Part shown: one piece after another, positions 57,364-64,000 of the stretch
Position numbering within the stretch: the first letter of the stretch is position 1
Layout of the letters: the number at the start of each line of letters is the position of its first letter
NCBI GenBank assembly: GCA_965208125.1
Contig: OZ242320.1
Span: 512,001-576,000 of the forward strand
Reading direction: 5' to 3'
DNA from: Candidatus Latescibacterota bacterium
GTDB lineage: Bacteria > Latescibacterota > UBA2968
Length of the DNA: 64,000 nucleotides
Position numbers and translations under genes: made by a program
Notes under the pieces: model-generated
The model's database searches: none
What the model was told of the DNA's origin: nothing
What the model saw: only the letters and a program-made list of their open reading frames with translations

Positions 57364-59286
57364 TCAACTACAATACCTCTCCAGCCACGACAACATCCTA
57401 TCGAGATATTCCACGTGCAGTGCTGGATGACCGCTCCTTCTAAACCCGTGTGACGACTTTGGAAAGCGCACAAATTCCACCGTCTTGCCCTGTCGCTTCA
57501 ACGCGACAAAAAACTGCTCGGCCTGCTCGATTGGACAGCGATAGTCCTCCTCCCCGTGCATCAGCAACACCGGCGTCTGAACCTCAGACGCATACGTCAA
57601 CGGCGACCGCTCCACAAGAGCTTCCACATTCTCCAGAACCGAACCCTGCCACTGATTCTCCCCAAACGACACCCCGATATCCGACGTACCGTACATACTG
57701 TGCAAATTGATACACGGAGCACCGACCACTGCCGCCTTGAACCGGTGGTCGTGACCGACAATCCAGCTACTCATAAAACCGCCATAGCTATAGCCGTGAA
57801 CCCCCAACCGATCCGCATCCACATAGGACCGCTCGCACAGCAGATCAACCCCTGCCATCAGATCCAGAAAATCTTCCCCGCCCCAATCCCCCAGCACCGC
57901 CTTCAGAAACTCCGGTCCATAAGACGACGACCCCCTCGGATTCACAGCCAGCACAATATAGCCCGCACCCGCCAGAATTTGATGCGTAACATCGTACGAA
58001 TCCGAGAAACGGCCATTTGGTCCCCCGTGAATATCCAGCACCAGTGGATATGACCTCGCCTCGTCGAAATCCTGGGGAAACAGCACCCGTGCCTCAATCG
58101 TCTCCCCACCTCGCTCGAACACCAACTTCTCCACGCGCGCACCGGGATGCGCCTCCAAAAACCCGGCATTCACAGCCGTCACCGCGCGTTGACGCTTCGC
58201 ACCCACATCCATCACCACCACATCGCCCGGACAAACAGGCGAGGACATCACCATCGCGACATGCCCGCCCGTGCGGTCAACCGACAAACCCGTACAAACC
58301 TGACCACTCCCATCCAGGACTTCAATCTCCAGGGAAGGATCATCGGGATTCACCCGACACAAAAACGACTCACCCGCCCTATCACCAATAAACAATATCC
58401 CATCCCTCGGCGTCCAGCACCGCGGCGCAAGAGGTTGCACAACTGTATAAACATCACCCGCCAGGCACACCGGCGACTCGTCTTCCTCCAGCACAAACAG
58501 CCACGACTGCCTCGAATCCCACACATCCCCATCATGCGATCCCGCAACCACCAGCCGTTTCCCATCCGGCGACCATGCCACGGACTCCGCGCGGCTCAAC
58601 CCCTGCGACCAGCACTGCGACCTCCCACCCATCTTTTCCATCACATGCACCTCTGAACCCCGCATAAAATCGCGCCCCTCGACGCAATCTGTCACAAAAG
58701 CAATGCGGCTCCCATCGGGTGACCAGACCGGCGCCCCCTGGTCCCCTTCCCCATCCGTAATCTGCGTCGCTTCGCCCGTTACGACATCCACCAGAAACAA
58801 CTGCGAAAATGCATCGCCTCGCCAGCCACCCTCGTCATCGCGATACCGCACGCGACGGGCGACCTGCGTCCTCGGCACCTTCTCCTCGCCTTCTTCCACG
58901 CGATCTGGATCCACACGCGACACAACGATAAACTCTGAACCATCGGGCGACCACGCCATATCCTTCGCGCCATCGGGAAGCGCCGTCACCTGCCTCGCAT
59001 CCCCACCATCAACCGGCATTACCCAAACCTGCTTTTTATCATCCTCACCCGAACGCAAAAAAGCCAGAGACTTCCCATCAGCCGAAAGTCTGGGCGCTGT
59101 ATCTCCTTTTCCCACATCGACAGCATTCCCACCTGCAAGCGACTGCATCGCGATCTGCGACTCCCGCTTCATCATCTTCCTGTTGATCTCCTGCCGCACG
59201 AAAACCACAGCCGACCCATCCGCTGCGATCTCCACTGCGGATACTTCGATCAAATCGTACGTATGCTCGGGTTTAATTGGCGACAT
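57364..59286 (-). CDS. S9 acylaminoacyl-peptidase
   Basis: IHGGP, GYSYGG, EEDYRCP, SH. Confidence 0.92.
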   Translation of the reverse strand: MSPIKPEHTYDLIEVSAVEIAADGSAVVFVRQEINRKMMKRESQIAMQSLAGGNAVDVGKGDTAPRLSADGKSLAFLRSGEDDKKQVWVMPVDGGDARQVTALPDGAKDMAWSPDGSEFIVVSRVDPDRVEEGEEKVPRTQVARRVRYRDDEGGWRGDAFSQLFLVDVVTGEATQITDGEGDQGAPVWSPDGSRIAFVTDCVEGRDFMRGSEVHVMEKMGGRSQCWSQGLSRAESVAWSPDGKRLVVAGSHDGDVWDSRQSWLFVLEEDESPVCLAGDVYTVVQPLAPRCWTPRDGILFIGDRAGESFLCRVNPDDPSLEIEVLDGSGQVCTGLSVDRTGGHVAMVMSSPVCPGDVVVMDVGAKRQRAVTAVNAGFLEAHPGARVEKLVFERGGETIEARVLFPQDFDEARSYPLVLDIHGGPNGRFSDSYDVTHQILAGAGYIVLAVNPRGSSSYGPEFLKAVLGDWGGEDFLDLMAGVDLLCERSYVDADRLGVHGYSYGGFMSSWIVGHDHRFKAAVVGAPCINLHSMYGTSDIGVSFGENQWQGSVLENVEALVERSPLTYASEVQTPVLLMHGEEDYRCPIEQAEQFFVALKRQGKTVEFVRFPKSSHGFRRSGHPALHVEYLDRMLSWLERYCS

Positions 59287-59288
59287 AT

Positions 59289-60434
59289 CTATCTCCCACG
59301 CGACGTATAAACGCGACCGCCTTTAACAACCGCAACCGGCACCAGATTCCGCCGACCCGTCCGAACTTCTCCGCGCGAATCCTCAAGACGAAACGCTCCT
59401 TCTCGCAACTCAAACACCACAGCGTCCCCAAACGCCCCTTTCGCCAGCGTCCCCACCTCGCCCTTCATCCCAATCACCTCGGCAGGCACAGACGTCACGC
59501 GCGAGATCGCCTCTTCCATCGGCAGACCCAGATGCAAAAACTTTGTCACCACAGATGCGAGATCGTAAACAGGACCGTTTACATTGTAAATATGCAGATC
59601 CGATGAAATCGTAGTCGGCAGAACATCCTGCGACATTGCCGCCTCGACAATCCCCCACGAAAAAGATCCCGCCCCGTGTCCCACATCAAACACAACGCCT
59701 CGCTCAATCGCGTCCAGAACCGAATCGCGGATGCGACCTTCGCCATCGAGAATCCCACACGGAAAGTCGTGAAAACAATGCGTCAAAATATCTCCGCCCT
59801 TCATCACACCTAAAATATCGTCAATCGAATCGCACCACGCGTCCTGCGGATGCACCATAATCGGCAATCCAGCCGCATCTGCCGCCTCTCTCGCTCTGTG
59901 CAAAGGCAACATCCCGGACCGCTCGCTGACAATACTATTCCTCGTCAATCGAACCTTCACCCCGAGAACAATATCGCGGTGCTGTTCAATCATGCGGCAA
60001 GCCTTATCCACATCCGCGTATTCGGGAATCTCGAACTCGCCGATCTCGGCAGTCAGCATACCCTGCGACGAAATATTCATCTGCGCCAAAATCCGCGTCT
60101 CGCTCACATCGATCACATACTTCCGGAACCCCGGAAAAATATCTGCACCCGCAGATCCCGCATCGACCACAGTCGTCGCGCCTCGTGCAAGACATGTGGG
60201 ATCAGGCTCAATACCGAAATGGCTAACACCGGCAAACACATGGACGTGAATATCGATCAACCCCGGCGTCACCACACAACCCGCCGCGTCAATCACCTCG
60301 CGGGCATCGCCCGTATCCAGATCTTCCCCAACAGCAGCAACCATGCCCCCCACAAACGCCACATCCCGCACGCCACTGAGGTCTTCCGCCGGATCGACCA
60401 GCATCCCGCCCTTGATGAGCAAATCGTACTTCAT
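59289..60434 (-). CDS. Amidohydrolase/deacetylase (dihydroorotase-like)
   Basis: PGLIDIHVH, VDAGSAG, DVGHG, ISSDLH. Confidence 0.9.
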   Translation of the reverse strand: MKYDLLIKGGMLVDPAEDLSGVRDVAFVGGMVAAVGEDLDTGDAREVIDAAGCVVTPGLIDIHVHVFAGVSHFGIEPDPTCLARGATTVVDAGSAGADIFPGFRKYVIDVSETRILAQMNISSQGMLTAEIGEFEIPEYADVDKACRMIEQHRDIVLGVKVRLTRNSIVSERSGMLPLHRAREAADAAGLPIMVHPQDAWCDSIDDILGVMKGGDILTHCFHDFPCGILDGEGRIRDSVLDAIERGVVFDVGHGAGSFSWGIVEAAMSQDVLPTTISSDLHIYNVNGPVYDLASVVTKFLHLGLPMEEAISRVTSVPAEVIGMKGEVGTLAKGAFGDAVVFELREGAFRLEDSRGEVRTGRRNLVPVAVVKGGRVYTSRGR

Positions 60435-60464
60435 ACCAAACTCCCTTCTTGTAAACTCCTTCAC

Positions 60465-61247
60465 TCACCCGGCGTGTACGCGCGGCATGATCAGGCGGCG
60501 GTTGCGCGCCAGGGGCAACCCCGCAAAAGCGCAGCGGTTATTCCACTGATCTATAGCCGCGGCACTTTTGTATTCGTTAATAATGGCGTGACGGCCCCGC
60601 TGGGTATAGTTGTGCCCGGCCCGGTGTACCACCAGCACGTGAATAATCGCCACATCTCCGGGTTGCGCGCTCAAAACGACCGGACGTTCGGGAGCGATCA
60701 AATCATCTGCAATCGTATGGCCCTTATAGGTCGGAAACTCGCCCTCTCGATGGGAACCGGGCACCACCTCAGTAGCCCCGGCCTCAAAATCAGTGGGATC
60801 GAGATACGTGATGGCCGCAGCCAGATCTGGAATCGTGTGACGCTCATACGGCCAATCCTGATGCCAGCTCTGCGCGCAGAAAAAACCGGGTGGTTTATTG
60901 CGGATCTTCCCATTGTGAAAATCCAGATCAGGCCCCAAAAGATCGACCATAACCGAAACAATGCGCGGCTCGGTAAACTGATCGAACCAGTAGTCATCGG
61001 CCAGCGTCTGGTCCATCATACCCACCACATTCTTCGGATTAAAAGGATCGGGCTGATACCCCTCGGGCACCTCCATAAAACTGTAGCGCATATTTTGGGG
61101 GCGCCCTTCGGTGCGGATGACCAGATCGTGGAAACGGCCGCGCATCTCCTTCATTTCTCGGGAATTGTAAAAACCCTTCAGAAAAAGGAATCCATCGTCG
61201 TCAAAAGCGCGCTTCTGCTCTGGCGTCAGAATCAACAAATCGGACAT
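60465..61247 (-). CDS. Phytanoyl-CoA dioxygenase family
   Basis: WHQD, VPGSH, VHRAG. Confidence 0.9.
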   Translation of the reverse strand: MSDLLILTPEQKRAFDDDGFLFLKGFYNSREMKEMRGRFHDLVIRTEGRPQNMRYSFMEVPEGYQPDPFNPKNVVGMMDQTLADDYWFDQFTEPRIVSVMVDLLGPDLDFHNGKIRNKPPGFFCAQSWHQDWPYERHTIPDLAAAITYLDPTDFEAGATEVVPGSHREGEFPTYKGHTIADDLIAPERPVVLSAQPGDVAIIHVLVVHRAGHNYTQRGRHAIINEYKSAAAIDQWNNRCAFAGLPLARNRRLIMPRVHAG

Positions 61248-61300
61248 GACATAATCCTCCTACAGAATAAGCAAAGCCAACGTGATGAACAGGTGTTTCG

Positions 61301-62281
61301 TCAATGAGGATGGGTTAGTCCATGGAGAAAGGGCAGCAACAAGGCAATAGCAACGCTCACACCCAGACCGAAAGTAATCTTTGCGAAATCGGAAAGCACC
61401 AGCCGCGCCACATCTCGGCGGCGGCGGTGCCTCCCATTCCAGACGAGGGCGATCTCGCGCCCTGCCAGCAGACCGACAAAAACCCAGGTCGTGCTCATCG
61501 GGAGCTTGCTAACTTCCTTAAACAGGAATAGCACAATGCCGTAAATCAAATCTACAAAAGTCGCCGAACGGATATCAGTAGTATTCGTCTTCGTCAACAC
61601 CACCTTCTGGATCGCACCGCCATGCGTGTAAAAGATAATGGCTTGCATAGCCAACATAACGACGATGGATGCTATGAACCACTCCACAGCGATGTCTGGC
61701 GTGCGAGTAATCGGGTCGCGCGGCAGGAAAACATAGATATTGGCCAGATCCTGAATCAGCCACTGGCTCCAGAGAAAACCAGTTGAACACCACTGCGCCA
61801 CCACCCACCAGGGACTTTTCGGCCCCTCCGTTTGCCTGAAACGGGACTCTAACCCCCGCGTAACCAGCCTGTAAATAAAGATGGCGGCCACGAATGCCGT
61901 CGCATATCCAGCCAACGACTTGATCAGCATACTCGGCAATGCCTTTGGTGCAAACACCGTCAGAGTCAGGAATGTGGTACTGACTGGAATACCCCCGCGG
62001 GTCAGCAAAAGCAGTACAAAAGGCGGGATGCAGTAAACCCAGGTAAAATGGTCTGGCACTTCAATCGCCGTAAGCCTCCCGTACGAGACATCGCCGTCAT
62101 AAACCACCCACCCATACACGAGGACCACAGTCAGAATGCCGCCGCCAAAGAGCCACAGCACCCACCACGGACGGTGAGAATTGGAACTGAGAAACGTCCC
62201 CAGCGTCTGAATTGCGTCGTTGCCAACAATGGAATACGCGCCGAGCAAAAAGCCGACGACCATTAAAATCTCCAGACTCAT
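61301..62281 (-). CDS. PiT-like (phosphate/sulfate permease-related) membrane protein
   Basis: GNDAIQ, PVSTT, QDLAN, PMSTTW; multiple TMs. Confidence 0.7.
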   Translation of the reverse strand: MSLEILMVVGFLLGAYSIVGNDAIQTLGTFLSSNSHRPWWVLWLFGGGILTVVLVYGWVVYDGDVSYGRLTAIEVPDHFTWVYCIPPFVLLLLTRGGIPVSTTFLTLTVFAPKALPSMLIKSLAGYATAFVAAIFIYRLVTRGLESRFRQTEGPKSPWWVVAQWCSTGFLWSQWLIQDLANIYVFLPRDPITRTPDIAVEWFIASIVVMLAMQAIIFYTHGGAIQKVVLTKTNTTDIRSATFVDLIYGIVLFLFKEVSKLPMSTTWVFVGLLAGREIALVWNGRHRRRRDVARLVLSDFAKITFGLGVSVAIALLLPFLHGLTHPH

Positions 62282-62366
62282 AAATCCCCTCCCTATAAAG
62301 ATGTGTCAAATGTCCATTACCTGAGTCATGGCAGACATTCAACGAACGGTTGCGATGATAATGAGA

Positions 62367-63830
62367 TCACGCAATCGAAAAATCAAACCTGACATGCGAC
62401 TGATCGGGTGCAGCGGTAAATGTGACGATCGCTGTAGTACCTGTAATCTCAACTACTCGCTGTGTGATATCCGTCTCAATCCCAATCTCGAGACCATCCA
62501 GACGCCACACATCCTCTTCAAACACAGCAACATTTGGTGAAAAAATCTCAAACACAAACTCCCGCGGATGTCCAGCCTCTGTCTGCTGTTCACCTCTAAT
62601 CTCAGCCTCAATCGACAGACGGCCCGATTCCGCCTTTGCCGCAATCTGTCCAATATGCCGTAGCGCGAGCCAACCGGTTTCGCTATCTGACATGCGCCAG
62701 TGGATCGTCGCCGGATGATATTGGAAGCTCCGACCAGAATAGCCACCCGAATCCTCTGCACCGATCATGTAATGCTCATCCAGCCACGCGGTTGCAACGC
62801 GCTCATCCGTAATCCGTTTCTCAATACTTCGCGGATTCTCAAATGCCAAAAAAGCAGCAGCGATCTCTGGCGGCGTATCGACCCCGAGGATCGCAAGACA
62901 AGGTCCATAATTGAACTCTGCGTTAATCTCCTCTCCCCCCGGAAACGGCGTCACCTCACGGCCAAATGCGAGCCAGATATGCAAACTCGTAAGCGCAGTA
63001 TAGTGCTTCATATCCATCCCATAGCTGCGCGAAAAAGGCCCGCAGAGATTGCCCAATCCCGCGTGGTAATAGCGCGCAATATCCCGCCAGAGTTCTGCCT
63101 CCATATACGCGCCCAATTCGTGGAGCGCACTCTTCTTCAAATAGCGTCGCCAGAAACCGAGTGCGTAGAGATTCACACCGTAGTAGGTCGGTGAATTGTA
63201 CTCCTCAAAAGCATTATTCTGCGCGAACAAACGATAGACCTCACCGCCAAATTCCTCACCGTATAAAACCATCTCATCGTTTCCGATCCGCTCCCCAACC
63301 CATACGCACATCGCAGCCTTCATCAAAGCGATATTCGAATACGTCGGCGGACAGCGATCCGGTGGTTCGCCCACAACAGCCATCTCCAAAGACCGGATCA
63401 TGCGATCAATCAATCGCTGGGGCAACCGATCCTCATACTCCTCGAGCGCAGTCGCAAACCCAAGCCCGATAAACTGTCGCCAGTTCGGATCGTAAGCTCG
63501 CCACATCACGGCATCACCCTCTGACGGATGCGGCTCGCCCACATAGCGATAAAAAGTACCGTGGTATGGCGTCCCCGGCTCATCGAACTGATTATCGATA
63601 ATCGCATCAATCGTGCGACCTGCCTGTTCAACATCGTCACCCTGATTGCGCAGAAGAAGCCCCACCGCGAACCAGACCGAGTTCCGAACCATCAAAACCG
63701 CATCATTCCGGCGATGAGACCACAACAACGCGCTATCGGGGTCCCAGAACCCCTCTGACCACTCGAGCGACTCGGTTGCGAGATGTCTCGCATAAGGCGA
63801 CAGATCGGATAAAGAAATTCCTTCAGACAT
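62367..63830 (-). CDS. Hypothetical protein (alpha/alpha-toroid-like)
   Basis: 487-aa ORF; YDPNWRQF, EYNSPTY, GPFSRSYG. Confidence 0.7.
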   Translation of the reverse strand: MSEGISLSDLSPYARHLATESLEWSEGFWDPDSALLWSHRRNDAVLMVRNSVWFAVGLLLRNQGDDVEQAGRTIDAIIDNQFDEPGTPYHGTFYRYVGEPHPSEGDAVMWRAYDPNWRQFIGLGFATALEEYEDRLPQRLIDRMIRSLEMAVVGEPPDRCPPTYSNIALMKAAMCVWVGERIGNDEMVLYGEEFGGEVYRLFAQNNAFEEYNSPTYYGVNLYALGFWRRYLKKSALHELGAYMEAELWRDIARYYHAGLGNLCGPFSRSYGMDMKHYTALTSLHIWLAFGREVTPFPGGEEINAEFNYGPCLAILGVDTPPEIAAAFLAFENPRSIEKRITDERVATAWLDEHYMIGAEDSGGYSGRSFQYHPATIHWRMSDSETGWLALRHIGQIAAKAESGRLSIEAEIRGEQQTEAGHPREFVFEIFSPNVAVFEEDVWRLDGLEIGIETDITQRVVEITGTTAIVTFTAAPDQSHVRFDFSIA

Positions 63831-63918
63831 TGTGTGTTTCCATGTTCCAATTGGCGTTCTTCATAATATACGCTTTCATTGCAAATCGCTTACCGAAAAA
63901 ATTCCGTTAAAAAATGGG

Positions 63919-64000
63919 CTATGCCCCCTCCTTGTGTTGCCGCAACGCTTCGGCAATACGTGTAAAGCGCGTATCCTCGGGAAACTGTGCAAGCCATTCC
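63919..64000 (-). CDS. 3' end of an unknown CDS (truncated by window)
   Basis: EWLAQFPEDTRFTRIAEALRQHKEGA*. Confidence 0.5.
   Translation of the reverse strand, partial: EWLAQFPEDTRFTRIAEALRQHKEGA

Noticed and set aside
62290-62340. Pho box upstream of the PiT-like gene
   Set aside because: The 11-bp-spaced repeats match the consensus too poorly
1-64000. CRISPR array, tRNA, rRNA
   Set aside because: No regularly spaced repeats, cloverleaf or rRNA-like sequence seen by eye; a covariance-model scan was not run

Overview
Bacterial chromosomal window, gene-dense. The gene content (PhyH, TauD, amidohydrolases, S9 peptidases, an orphan duplicated ABC permease, Rpn) resembles uncultured Latescibacterota/Gemmatimonadota/Poribacteria-like genomes; this taxonomy is inference. 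1-16.1 kb (minus strand): FAD oxidoreductase, amidohydrolase, a small defence-like patch (Rpn nuclease with an internal SD+ATG, an orphan Rpn C-terminal cassette and an HNH nuclease, punctuated by three related hairpins), a sigma54-type promoter in front of a duplicated MacB-like permease, and a galU-like/GHMP kinase/GT4/TPP enzyme/PBP1A operon. 16.2-34.1 kb (mostly plus): metabolic genes, hicBA, Mrp/ApbC, an RND efflux system with an oversized 1346-aa pump, M23 peptidase and bactofilin. 34.2-64 kb (minus): hflX, then a ~19.4-kb strictly co-oriented array of about 23 short accessory genes (GNATs, APHs, AAC(3), ANT-like, NUDIX, HIT, HAD, nucleosidases, Dcd, higBA). It looks like an integron cassette array but has no integrase and no canonical attC sites. 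It contains a 62-bp direct repeat around a 3-gene block, several gene-end scars and an intact IS200/IS605 (tnpA+tnpB) element whose ends, TAM and guide can be read directly. Core-type catabolic genes follow. No rRNA, tRNA or CRISPR array was seen. All calls come from motif reading; no database searches were run.
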